Assembly (NCBI GenBank): GCA_963804645.1
Contig: CAWDRG010000009.1
Span: 1,024,001 to 1,088,000 of the forward strand
Direction: 5' to 3'
Source of the DNA: an uncultured Bacillota bacterium
GTDB taxonomy: Bacteria; Sysuimicrobiota; Sysuimicrobiia; Sysuimicrobiales; Segetimicrobiaceae
DNA length: 64,000 bases
In this document: positions 18,443 through 27,803 of the stretch, in pieces
How the letters are laid out: every line of letters starts with the position of its first letter
How positions within the stretch are numbered: position 1 is the first letter of the stretch
The notes under the pieces: generated by a model
Told to the model about the DNA's origin: nothing
Databases searched by the model: none
The model's input: the letters and a program-made list of their open reading frames with translations, nothing else
Program-made: the position numbers and the translations under genes

Positions 18443-21200
18443 CGAGTACCGCCGCAAGCGGCGGTTCGACAAGACGCCGGAGCCGCAGGGCGCGGGCCCG
18501 ACGGCGGCGGCCGACGCGCTGCCGAAGTTCGTCGTCCAGGAACATCACGCGACGCGGCTGCACTGGGACCTGCGGCTCGAGATGGAGGGCGTCCTGCGCT
18601 CGTGGGCGGTGCCGAAAGGCCCGTCGCTCGATCCCGCGGACAAGCGCCTCGCCGTGCTGGTGGAGGACCACCCGCTCGAGTACGGGGAGTTCGAGGGGAT
18701 CATCCCGGAGGACAACTACGGCGCCGGGAGCGTGATGCTGTGGGACCGCGGCACGTACCTGTGCCGCGAAGGCGATCCGGCCGCGGCGTTCCGGGCCGGG
18801 AAGCTGACCCTCGACTTTTTCGGGGAGAAGATGCGCGGCGAGTTCCACCTCGTGCGGACGAAGCGGAACGAGGGGCGCGACTGGCTGCTCTTTAAGGGGA
18901 AGGACAGTTTCGCGGCGCCGGGGTACGTGCCCACCGGGACGCGGTCGGTCAAGAGCGGCCGGCCGATCGAGGAGATCGCGTCCGACGCGGGGGCCCGCTG
19001 GCTGCCGGGCACGCCGCCGGATCCGCCGGGGCGGGCCTCGCGCGCCCGGCGAGGGCGCAAGTCCGGCGCCGCGCCCGGCGGCGACGACGAGGGCGCCGAC
19101 CCGTTTCCCAAGCCCTTTCCGCCGATGCTCGCGGAGTCGACGGAGCAGCCGTTCAGCCGGCCCGGATGGCTGTTCGAGGTCAAATGGGACGGGGTCCGCG
19201 CGCTCGCCTACATCCGCCGCCGCGGCCCGCTGCAGGAGATCACGCTCTCCAGCCGGACGCAGCACCGCCTCAACGCGCAGTTTCCGGAGGTCGTCGGCGC
19301 ACTGAGCCTCCTCGACTGCTGGGACGTGGTGCTCGACGGTGAGATCATCGCGCCCGACGACCAGGGCCGGTCGAGCTTCGCCCAGCTGCAGCAGCGCCTG
19401 CACCTCTCAGGGCCGGACGTGGCCGACGCGGTCCGCCGCATCCCGGTCGTCTACGCCGTCTTCGACTGCCTCTATCTCGACGGGCACGATCTGAGACGCT
19501 CGCCGCTTTCCGAGCGGCGGCGGGTGCTCGACGGGATCCGCCTGCCCGCCGGGGTCATCCGGACCGACGTCGTGGCGGACGACGGCCGCGCGCTGTTCGA
19601 CGCGGCGCGCCAGCACGGGCTCGAAGGGATCGTCGCCAAGCGGGCGGCGAGCCCGTACCTGCCCGGGGTCCGCAGTCCGGCGTGGCAGAAGATCAAGATC
19701 CGCCAGGCGCTCGATGCCGTCGTGGGCGGGTTTACGCGGGGGAAGGGCCAGCGGGCGCGCACGTTTGGGGCGCTGGTCCTCGGTCAGTTCGATCCCGGCA
19801 CGCACGCGCTCGTGCACGTGGGGCAGGTCGGCGGCGGACTGGGCGACGCCGACATCGCCGCGCTGCGGCGGCGGCTCGACCCGCTGATCACCCCGACTCG
19901 CCCGTTTGCCACGCGGCCGCGGACGCTCACGCCGGCGACCTGGGTGCGTCCGGAGGTGGTGGTCGAGGTCACGTACGGCGAGCGCACGCCGGACGGCGTG
20001 CTCAGGCATCCTGTGTTCGTGCGGGTGCGCGACGACGTGCGGCCCGAGGACGTGGTGCTGGCCACGAGCGCGGACACCGCGGCGGCCGCCGGGACGGCGC
20101 CCGAGCGCCTTCGCCCAGACCGGAGCGCGGCGGCGGAGGTCGGGCGCCCCGCGGCCCCGTCGGGGCTCGTGTTCACGAATCTCGACAAGATCTTCTTTCC
20201 GGAGCTCGGCCTCACCAAGGGCGATGTCGTCGAGTACTACCGGCGCATCGGCCCGCACCTGGTGCCCCACCTGCGCGACCGCCTTCTGACGCTGCGGCGG
20301 TTCCCGAACGGCATCCACGGCGACGATTTCTTCCAGAAGGACGTGACCGACGCGCCCGCGTTTGTGCGCCGCATGCGGGTCTGGTCGGATCAGGGCAAGC
20401 GGGACATCGAGTTCGTGGTGGGCGCGGACGGCGCGACGCTCTTGTGGCTCGCGCAGTTGGGCTGCATCGAGATGCACGCGTGGTTCTCGCGGATCGCGCC
20501 GGTGCCCGGGCGAGGCGCCGGGCGGCCGACGGCCGCGTTCGCGGGGTCGGAGGCGGCGATCGAGGGCAGCGTCCTCAACTATCCCGACTCCGTCGTGTTC
20601 GACATCGACCCGTTCCTCTATCCGCCCGGGACGGGACCGACGCGCCGCCACGGCGAGATGGATCCCGATTACAGCCGGCGGGGGTTCGACGCGGCGCGCG
20701 AGGTCGCGCTCTGGGTGGGCGACGCGCTCGAGGCCCTCGGCCTGCGGACGTTTCTCAAGACCTCCGGGAAGACCGGCCTCCACGTGTTCGTGCCGATCGA
20801 GCGGCGGTACACGTACGCGGAGACGCACGCGTTCGCGAAGACGGTCGCGACCTGGCTGGCCGACGCGCATCCCGACCGCGTCACGACGGCGTGGGCGGTC
20901 ACCGACCGCGTGGGCAAAGTGTTCGTGGATTACAACCAGAACGTGCGCGGCAAGACGCTCGCGAGCGTGTACAGTCTCCGGCCGGTGCCGGAGGCGACCG
21001 TGAGCGTGCCGGTGACCTGGGCGGAACTGCGCGCGGGTGTCGACCCGCTCCGGTGGACGATCTCCACCGTGTTCGACCGGCTGGCCGCGGTCGGGGATCT
21101 TTGGGCGGACATTCTGCGCGTCCCGCAGCGCCTGAACGTCGGCGCACCGGCGCCGCGCGGCGGGGCCCGGCGGACGCCGGCGAAGGGCTCCGCGGGCTGA
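18432..21200 (+). CDS. ligD: NHEJ DNA ligase D (phosphoesterase-ligase-primase/polymerase)
   Basis: EYRRKRRFDKTPEP, QEHHATRLHWDLRLE, WAVPKGP (PE); EVKWDG, LDGE, EGIVAK (ligase); TNLDK, FDIDP, KTSGKTGLH, DYNQN, YSLR (Pol). Confidence 0.96.
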   Translation: MGLNEYRRKRRFDKTPEPQGAGPTAAADALPKFVVQEHHATRLHWDLRLEMEGVLRSWAVPKGPSLDPADKRLAVLVEDHPLEYGEFEGIIPEDNYGAGSVMLWDRGTYLCREGDPAAAFRAGKLTLDFFGEKMRGEFHLVRTKRNEGRDWLLFKGKDSFAAPGYVPTGTRSVKSGRPIEEIASDAGARWLPGTPPDPPGRASRARRGRKSGAAPGGDDEGADPFPKPFPPMLAESTEQPFSRPGWLFEVKWDGVRALAYIRRRGPLQEITLSSRTQHRLNAQFPEVVGALSLLDCWDVVLDGEIIAPDDQGRSSFAQLQQRLHLSGPDVADAVRRIPVVYAVFDCLYLDGHDLRRSPLSERRRVLDGIRLPAGVIRTDVVADDGRALFDAARQHGLEGIVAKRAASPYLPGVRSPAWQKIKIRQALDAVVGGFTRGKGQRARTFGALVLGQFDPGTHALVHVGQVGGGLGDADIAALRRRLDPLITPTRPFATRPRTLTPATWVRPEVVVEVTYGERTPDGVLRHPVFVRVRDDVRPEDVVLATSADTAAAAGTAPERLRPDRSAAAEVGRPAAPSGLVFTNLDKIFFPELGLTKGDVVEYYRRIGPHLVPHLRDRLLTLRRFPNGIHGDDFFQKDVTDAPAFVRRMRVWSDQGKRDIEFVVGADGATLLWLAQLGCIEMHAWFSRIAPVPGRGAGRPTAAFAGSEAAIEGSVLNYPDSVVFDIDPFLYPPGTGPTRRHGEMDPDYSRRGFDAAREVALWVGDALEALGLRTFLKTSGKTGLHVFVPIERRYTYAETHAFAKTVATWLADAHPDRVTTAWAVTDRVGKVFVDYNQNVRGKTLASVYSLRPVPEATVSVPVTWAELRAGVDPLRWTISTVFDRLAAVGDLWADILRVPQRLNVGAPAPRGGARRTPAKGSAG

Positions 21201-21295
21201 GCGCGCCCGGCCGTTCCCGGCGACGAGGAATCTCGGGGGAGGAAGCGGAACAACGGTCGTGGCCGCGGGTGTCGGCGGCCGGGGAGGTACTCACG

Positions 21296-22252
21296 ATGGC
21301 TGAGCAAGCGCAGTGGCTCTGGTTTAACGGCGAGATCGTTCCACGGGAGCGCGCCACCGTGCACGTCATGGCCGCCACCGCCACGCGCGGCGCGAACGTG
21401 TTCGAGGGCGTGCGCGCGTACTGGAACGGAGACGAGCGCGAACTGTACATCTTCAGGAATGACGACCACCTCGCGCGGCTGCGCGAGTCCGCGAAGATCA
21501 TGCGCATGCCGATCCCGTGGTCTCCGGAGGAGCTGACCCGCGCCCAAATCGACGTCCTCCGCGCCAACAAGTACGAGGGGACCGCATGGTACCGGTTGTG
21601 CCTGTACGTCGGCGAGGGCGAGCAGACGTCGTACCCGCCGGCGGAGCCGCCGATCGGCGGCTACATCGCGACCCGCCACGCGCCGCACACCAAAGGCGTC
21701 ACCGACGGCGTGGACTGCGGGGTCAGCTCGTGGCAGCGGATCGCCGACACGTCGATGCCGCCGCGCGTCAAGGCCGGCGCGAACTACCACAACAGCCGCC
21801 TGGCGGCGATGGAAGCGAAGAACCACGGCTACTCCGGGCAGCCGATCATGCTGAACGAGCGCGGCAAGGTCTCCGAGGGCCCGGGGGCCTGCCTGTGCAT
21901 GGTCCGGCGCGGGACGCTCGTGACGCCGCCGGTGACGTCGAACATCTTGGAGTCGATCACGCGCGAGACGATTCTGGAGCTTGCGCGCGACGTGCTCAAG
22001 GTGCCGGTGCAGGAGCGCGAGATGGACCGCACCGAGCTCTACGTGGCCGACGAGGCGTTCTTCTGCGGCAGCGGGGCGGAGATCACGCCCATCAACTCGG
22101 TGGACCACTACGCCGTGGGAACGGGGAAGCCCGGTCCGATGACGCGCCGGCTGCAGGACGCCTATTTCGCGGTCACCGAAGGGCGGGTGCCGCAGTACCG
22201 GCACTGGCTCACGCCGGTCTACGCCGGGGCGAAGGTGACCGCCCGCTCGTAG
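21296..22252 (+). CDS. Class IV PLP aminotransferase (branched-chain/D-amino acid family)
   Basis: FEGVRAY, HLARL, KAGANY, EGPGAC, ILESITR, ADEAFFCG; GGGAGG RBS. Confidence 0.93.
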   Translation: MAEQAQWLWFNGEIVPRERATVHVMAATATRGANVFEGVRAYWNGDERELYIFRNDDHLARLRESAKIMRMPIPWSPEELTRAQIDVLRANKYEGTAWYRLCLYVGEGEQTSYPPAEPPIGGYIATRHAPHTKGVTDGVDCGVSSWQRIADTSMPPRVKAGANYHNSRLAAMEAKNHGYSGQPIMLNERGKVSEGPGACLCMVRRGTLVTPPVTSNILESITRETILELARDVLKVPVQEREMDRTELYVADEAFFCGSGAEITPINSVDHYAVGTGKPGPMTRRLQDAYFAVTEGRVPQYRHWLTPVYAGAKVTARS

Positions 22253-22275
22253 CCGGGTCTCACGGGTGTCACACC

Positions 22276-22305
22276 GGGGGCCGGCCGCAGTCGCGGCCGG
22301 CCCCC
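22276..22305. terminator. GC-rich hairpin between convergent genes
   Basis: Perfect 13-bp stem GGGGGCCGGCCGC, loop AGTC, GCGGCCGGCCCCC; no U-tract. Confidence 0.6.
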
Positions 22306-22324
22306 ACGTCATCCGTGTGCACGG

Positions 22325-23143
22325 TTAGCGGCGCGCGCCCACCTCGGGCCGCGCGTACAGCGCCTCGCGCCGGTGCCGGAGGGCGGGCAGCTTCTCGCGC
22401 ACCCGTGCGATCCGCTCGAGATCGACGTCGCCGATGAACACGCCCGGTTCCTCGCCCCCGTCGACGAGGGTGACGCCCATCGGGTCCACGAGCCGGCTGC
22501 GGCCGGCGAAGGTGTTGCCGACCTGGTCCGCACCCGCGACGAAGATCGTGTTCTCGATCGCGCGCGCGGCGAGCAGCGTCGTCCAGTGGTCTTCCTTCAG
22601 CGTCCCCGCGGCCCACGCGGCCGGAAGCAGCAGCACGTCGGCGCCGGCGAGCGTCACGAGGCGGGCCAACTCCGGGAACCGCAGCTCGTAGCAGACGAGC
22701 AGGCCGAACGTGCCGAGCGGCGTGCGCACGACGCCCGGCGGCTCGCTGCCGGGGACGATGCGGTCGGACTCGCGGTACCCGAACGCGTCGAACAGGTGCG
22801 TCTTGCGGTACCGCAGCAGCAGGTCGCCGCCGGGTCCGAGCAGCACCGTGGTATTGAACGCGCGCGCGGCCTCGCCCGGCGCGGTTTCCCAGATCCCGCA
22901 GCCGACGTACAGCCCGAGCGCGCGTGCCTCCGCGGCGAGGGCCGACACAAACGGCCCGTCGACGGGCTCGGCCACCTCGGCGGCCGTGACCGGGTCCTTG
23001 GGCGCGAGGAACGCCATGAACACCTCGGGCAGGAGGGCCACATCGGCGCCGCGCTGCTTGGCGTCCCGCAGCGCGCGGCGGGCGGCATCCAGATTCTCGG
23101 GCTTGCTGGGAGACGAGCCGAGCTGGCAGAGGGCGATGCGCAT
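22325..23143 (-). CDS. Carbon-nitrogen hydrolase (nitrilase family, Nit1/deaminated-glutathione amidase-like)
   Basis: LLPE, YRKTHLFDA, CYELRFPE catalytic triad; ARAIEN. Confidence 0.93.
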   Translation of the reverse strand: MRIALCQLGSSPSKPENLDAARRALRDAKQRGADVALLPEVFMAFLAPKDPVTAAEVAEPVDGPFVSALAAEARALGLYVGCGIWETAPGEAARAFNTTVLLGPGGDLLLRYRKTHLFDAFGYRESDRIVPGSEPPGVVRTPLGTFGLLVCYELRFPELARLVTLAGADVLLLPAAWAAGTLKEDHWTTLLAARAIENTIFVAGADQVGNTFAGRSRLVDPMGVTLVDGGEEPGVFIGDVDLERIARVREKLPALRHRREALYARPEVGARR

Positions 23144-23191
23144 AGGAACCTCCCGGGCGGGCCGGGTGAGAACCCGGCCGCACGTGTTACT

Positions 23192-24139
23192 TCACCGGGC
23201 CAGCAAGTCTCCCTCCCCCGGGACGGCGAGGCCCCGCGTCCGCAGGGCGAGGGCGGACGGACGGCGCGGCGCGTACGCGGCGACGATCTCCGCGCCGAAC
23301 AAGAACGTGCAGGCCAGCGCATAGATCCATGCGAGCAGCGCGACGATCACCCCGAGCGACTGGTACAGCGACGTGTAGTCCGCGACCCGGCCGATGTACA
23401 GGCCGACCAGATAGTTGATGATCTGCCACAGGATCGTGGCGATCAGCGCGCCCGGCCATGCCTCGCGCCACCGGACCGGGACGTTCGGGAGGAACCGATA
23501 GCCGACCCAGAAGACCACGAACTGCGCCACCGCGGGAAACAGCGCGGCGATCCTGCCAGCGGCCTGCGGCGTGATCGGCACGCCCACGAGCGGCGCCAGT
23601 CCGCTGAAGCGGATCAGGCGAATCGCGAGCACCGTGCCGACCATCGCGCCGATAAAGATCAGCAGCGATCCCACCATCATCAGCACGCCCACCGCGACTC
23701 GAGTAGGGAGGAAGCGGCCGCGGCTCTCGAACACGCGGTCCAGCGCGACCTGCAGGGCGCCGAAGACGCCCGTCGAGGACAGGATCAGTGTGATGCTGCC
23801 CCACCAGCCGTAGGAGCCGCGGTGGGCGTACGCGTCCTGCACCGTCTGCACGAGGATGTCGGGGTGCTGGGCGCCCCCGAGGATGCGCCCGAGGATCCGG
23901 TCGATTCGCGCGTGCGGGAAGGCGAGGCTCAGGAGGATCGCGAAGAGGACCGCCATCGGCAGCAGCGAGAACAGCGCGTAGAAGCTGATCGCGGCTCCCG
24001 AAAAGAGATCCCCGTGCGTCCACAATCCGCCGATGGCACGCCCGAACGCCCGACCCAGCCGGGGGGCGTTCAGCCACGCCCCGGGCGTCAGCCGGAGCGC
24101 CGCGGGGATCGAGGACGGGACCGCCTGGTCTCTAGCCAT
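23192..24139 (-). CDS. YihY/BrkB family membrane protein
   Basis: AAISFYALFSLLP, YRFLPN, PGALIAT, YQSLG, FGAE. Confidence 0.9.
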   Translation of the reverse strand: MARDQAVPSSIPAALRLTPGAWLNAPRLGRAFGRAIGGLWTHGDLFSGAAISFYALFSLLPMAVLFAILLSLAFPHARIDRILGRILGGAQHPDILVQTVQDAYAHRGSYGWWGSITLILSSTGVFGALQVALDRVFESRGRFLPTRVAVGVLMMVGSLLIFIGAMVGTVLAIRLIRFSGLAPLVGVPITPQAAGRIAALFPAVAQFVVFWVGYRFLPNVPVRWREAWPGALIATILWQIINYLVGLYIGRVADYTSLYQSLGVIVALLAWIYALACTFLFGAEIVAAYAPRRPSALALRTRGLAVPGEGDLLAR

Positions 24140-24218
24140 ACCCTCTATCCTTTCCCCGTCGATGGGAACACTCAATCTGAATCGGCAAGGTCCACGGAAC
24201 CGGACCGGGAGGTGCCCC

Positions 24219-25844
24219 ATGAGTAGGCGATGGTTGAGGCATACCATGCAGGCCGGCGTGTTCCTGCTTGCGGTAGCGGTGCTGCTGTCCGGGTCCTCCG
24301 CGTCTCCCGCGCCCGCCGGCGGTGACGTCGACGTGCTGACGTTTCACGGCGATCCCGCCCGGACCGGGTGGAACGCCGCGGAGCGCGCGCTGACTCCGGA
24401 CAGTGTCCACGGCGGCCGCTTCGGCAAACTCTGGACGGCGGCCATGGACGGGGACGTGTACGCCCAGCCGCTCGTCGCCTCCGGCCTCTCGGCGTCGGGC
24501 GCGACGCGCACGCTGGTGGTCGTCGTGACCGAAAACGATTCGGTGTACGCGCTTGACGCGGCGGACGGGAAGCCCGTCTGGGGCCCGGTGTCGCTCGGCG
24601 CCCCGGTCCCGCGTTCCGCGCTGCCCTGCGGCGACATCGATCCCGTGGGGATCACGAGCACGCCGGTGATCGATCGCGGGTCGTCCACGGTGTACGTCGT
24701 GGGCCTGACCACTCCGGACGGCGGTCGGACGAAGGTGTTTCGGGCGGCGGCGCTCGACTTGGGAACGGGGCGCATGCGGTCGGGCTGGCCGGTCGTGGTG
24801 ACGCCGCCGTCGTCGTCCGGACTGCACTTCGATTCGGGCGTCCAGGAGCAGCGCGGCGCGCTGGTGTTGGTCCGGGGTGTCGTCTACGTCCCGTTCGGCG
24901 GGTACTGGGGCGACTGCGGACCGTACCACGGTTGGGTCGTCGGCATCCCCGCCGATTCGCCCGGCAAGCAGGAGGCATACGCCACGCCGACCGGCCGCGA
25001 GGGCGGCATCTGGGCCGCGGGGGGCGTGTCCGCGGACGGCGACGGCAATCTGTACGCGGCGACCGGCAACAGCGATTCGAACGGATCCAACGATTTCGGC
25101 GATACCGTGCTCCGTCTGACCACGCAGCCCCTGCGCTTCTCGGGGGCGGCGCGCGACTACTTCACGCCGAGCAATTACATCGCGCTGAACCAGGACGACG
25201 TCGATCTCGGGTCGACGGTGCCGCTCGTGGTGCCGGCGCAGCCCGACGTGGCGACGCCGCATCTCCTGTTCATCGCCGGGAAGCAGGGCGTCGCCTACCT
25301 CATCAACGCCGATCAGATGGGCGGCCTCTCGAAGGGCAACGGAATCACCGGCGAGGGCGTCTACAGCCAGTGCGTGTTCGGGACGTGCCAGGGCGGCGCG
25401 CCGCAGGTCTTCTCGTCCGCGGCGTACTGGGACGCGGGGACGCGCGGGCGGTTCGTGCTCGTGCCCGGGCACAGCCGGCAGCCGGCGCCCTGCGGCGGCA
25501 CCGGGGGGGTGGTCGCGCTTCGGCTTGGGACCGCCGGCGGATCGCGCGACGCGGCGTTCACGGTCGCCTGGTGCAGTCCCTCGATGGAGAGCGCCGGGGC
25601 TCCGGCCGTCTCGAGCGCCGGCGCGGAGGACGGACTCGTGTGGGTCGTCGACACGCGCGCCGGCGGTCCTCGCGCGGGTGACGGCACGCTGTACGCGCTG
25701 AACGCGCTGACCGGCGCTCAGGTGTACGCGTCGAGCGGTGCGGACGCGCTCGGGAGCTCGCGCCAGTTCATTACGCCGGCGGTGGCCAACGGCCGCGTCT
25801 ATATCGGCGCCGGGCGCACGGTCGCGGCGTACGGCCTGCGGTAG
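24219..25844 (+). CDS. Secreted PQQ-like beta-propeller protein
   Basis: Signal peptide; TFHGDPARTG, VYAQPL, VYALDAADGKPVW, GITSTPVID, YHGW, GGIW, LYALNALTG, PAVANGRVY. Confidence 0.8.
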   Translation: MSRRWLRHTMQAGVFLLAVAVLLSGSSASPAPAGGDVDVLTFHGDPARTGWNAAERALTPDSVHGGRFGKLWTAAMDGDVYAQPLVASGLSASGATRTLVVVVTENDSVYALDAADGKPVWGPVSLGAPVPRSALPCGDIDPVGITSTPVIDRGSSTVYVVGLTTPDGGRTKVFRAAALDLGTGRMRSGWPVVVTPPSSSGLHFDSGVQEQRGALVLVRGVVYVPFGGYWGDCGPYHGWVVGIPADSPGKQEAYATPTGREGGIWAAGGVSADGDGNLYAATGNSDSNGSNDFGDTVLRLTTQPLRFSGAARDYFTPSNYIALNQDDVDLGSTVPLVVPAQPDVATPHLLFIAGKQGVAYLINADQMGGLSKGNGITGEGVYSQCVFGTCQGGAPQVFSSAAYWDAGTRGRFVLVPGHSRQPAPCGGTGGVVALRLGTAGGSRDAAFTVAWCSPSMESAGAPAVSSAGAEDGLVWVVDTRAGGPRAGDGTLYALNALTGAQVYASSGADALGSSRQFITPAVANGRVYIGAGRTVAAYGLR

Positions 25845-25868
25845 GCTCGAGGCGGCACGCGCCGCGGG

Positions 25869-26363
25869 TCAGGGGGTCAGGTTCGCGGGGATCAGGCGCT
25901 CGACGATCACGACGTCGCGCCAGATCCCGTCGAGCCGGGCGTGCCGTTCGTAGGTGCCGATCTCGCGGAAGCCGAGCGAGCGGAGCAGCGAGAGGCTCGG
26001 GACGTTCTCGGGAAACACGCGCGACACCAGTTTCCAGAAGCCGGCGCGCTCCGCTTCCTCGATGAGCGCCTGCATGGCGGCGCGGCCGGCGCCGCGGCCG
26101 CGTGCCGCACGCGCGACGTAGACCGAGAACTCTGCGATCCCCGCGTAGCACTCCCGCGGGCGGTACGTGGACGTCGAGGCGAACGCGAGCACCTGCCCCG
26201 CGTCTTCGACCACGACGATTGGATGCGTGCCGTCGAACCATGCCTCGACGTCCCGCGCGGACCGCGGGCGGGTCTCGAACGTGGCGACCCGATCCTCGAT
26301 GCCCTCGTTGTAGATCCGGGCGATCGTCTGAGCATCCTGCGGCGTTCCCGGCCGTGCGCGCAT
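25869..26363 (-). CDS. GNAT N-acetyltransferase, phosphinothricin/arsinothricin (ArsN1-like) family
   Basis: IYNEGIEDRVATFET, YRPRECYAGIAEFSVYV, RGRGAG, LDGIWRDV; GGAGG RBS. Confidence 0.88.
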   Translation of the reverse strand: MRARPGTPQDAQTIARIYNEGIEDRVATFETRPRSARDVEAWFDGTHPIVVVEDAGQVLAFASTSTYRPRECYAGIAEFSVYVARAARGRGAGRAAMQALIEEAERAGFWKLVSRVFPENVPSLSLLRSLGFREIGTYERHARLDGIWRDVVIVERLIPANLTP

Positions 26364-26435
26364 CCGTGCACCTCCAGCCCGTCCTGACACGCAAACGCCC
26401 CCGGGGGGTCCCCGGAGGCATCCTGGCCGTACTGC

Positions 26436-26444
26436 ATTGTAGCA
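26436..26444 (-). promoter_or_regulatory. Extended -10 element upstream of the ArsN1-like gene
   Basis: Minus strand TGCTACAAT; the same 9-mer occurs at 39537-39545 on the + strand. Confidence 0.45.
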
Positions 26445-26570
26445 CGGCGCGGACCGCCCGGGCCGGGCGGAGAGGCGTGCACCTTCCGGCTCCCGAACGG
26501 TGGGAGCGTCCGACGAATCGCCCGAACCGGGCCGGCGCCCGGTCAACGCCACCGCGTGGGGAGAAGAGCC

Positions 26571-26990
26571 ATGGAGATCCGTCGTGCGCACGAAGGGGAT
26601 GGTGAGCGCGTGCATCCGCTGCTCGAGCAGTTGATGCACGCGGACCGCGAGCGCCGGGGGGGCGCGTGGCGCGGCGCCCTCAAGGATCCGGACTACGCCG
26701 CCTGGGTGGCCGAGGCCGACGGCAAGGCGATCGGCTTTCTCGATCTTTTCGTCCTGGCCGACGTGGCGCACGGCGCCAACATTGCCGTGATCAATAACCT
26801 GGTCGTCGATGCGGGATACAGAGGCCGGGGAGTCGGGACCCGCCTGCTGCGGGCGGTCGCACAGCACTGCCGGGAGCGGGGCGCGGTGGAGACGCACGTG
26901 TGGACGGCGCGAGAGAACGCAGCGGCGATCCGGCTCTACACGGCATGCGGATTTGTCGACCGCGGCGTGCTGCTGGAGCTGGAGCTGTGA
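26571..26990 (+). CDS. GNAT N-acetyltransferase
   Basis: LVVDAGYRGRGVG acetyl-CoA motif; NAAAIRLYTACGF. Confidence 0.88.
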   Translation: MEIRRAHEGDGERVHPLLEQLMHADRERRGGAWRGALKDPDYAAWVAEADGKAIGFLDLFVLADVAHGANIAVINNLVVDAGYRGRGVGTRLLRAVAQHCRERGAVETHVWTARENAAAIRLYTACGFVDRGVLLELEL

Positions 26991-27021
26991 TCGGCGCGTC
27001 GGTGAGCGGACGGTCCCGAGG

Positions 27022-27789
27022 TCAGAAATAGTTGGACGTGATGCCGCCGTCCGCGACCATCACGCTGCCATTCACCCACGTGGACTCGTCCGACGCCAGA
27101 TAGAGCGCGAGGCTGACGATGTCCTCCGGCCGTCCGAAGCGGCCCATCGGAATGCGGTTGAGGCGCAACTGCTTCGCGTCCGGGTTATCGAGGAGCCACG
27201 ACGTCAGGAGCGGCGTCTCGATCGGGCCCGGGGCGATCGCGTTGGTCCGGATGTGCTTGGGGCCGAACTGCACGGCGAGCGATTTGGTCAGCGCGATGAC
27301 CGCGCCCTTGCTCGCGGTGTACGCGTCCTGGGGGACCGTGCAGCCGACGAGCGCCACGAACGACGCGACGTTGATGATCGAGCCGCCACCGCCGCGCAGC
27401 AGCTCCGGGATGCCGTGCTTGCAGCACAGGTAGATGCTCTTGAGATTCACCGCCATGACGTGATCCCACACCCATTCCTCGACGTCCACGACGGAGCCGT
27501 CGCGCTCGGGGAAGATCCCCGCGTTGTTGTAGAGGATGTCGACGCGCCCAAACGTCCCCACGCCCGCGCGCACCATCTCCCGTACCTGCGACTCGACCGA
27601 GACGTCGCAGGCGACCGCGATCGCCCGGCCGCCCGCGGCGGCGACGGCGGCGGACGTCTCCTGGACGGCCGCGGGCGCGATGTCCGCGGCGACGACGCGC
27701 GCCCCCTCGCGCGCGAACGTGAGCGCGGCGAGGCGGCCCATCGCGCCGCCCGCGCCGGTGATCACGGCCACCTTGTCGCGCAGTCTCAT
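27022..27789 (-). CDS. Short-chain dehydrogenase/reductase
   Basis: TGAGGAMG, NNAG, YTASK, PGPIETP. Confidence 0.93.
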   Translation of the reverse strand: MRLRDKVAVITGAGGAMGRLAALTFAREGARVVAADIAPAAVQETSAAVAAAGGRAIAVACDVSVESQVREMVRAGVGTFGRVDILYNNAGIFPERDGSVVDVEEWVWDHVMAVNLKSIYLCCKHGIPELLRGGGGSIINVASFVALVGCTVPQDAYTASKGAVIALTKSLAVQFGPKHIRTNAIAPGPIETPLLTSWLLDNPDAKQLRLNRIPMGRFGRPEDIVSLALYLASDESTWVNGSVMVADGGITSNYF

Positions 27790-27803
27790 CCGATGCCGCC
27801 TCC

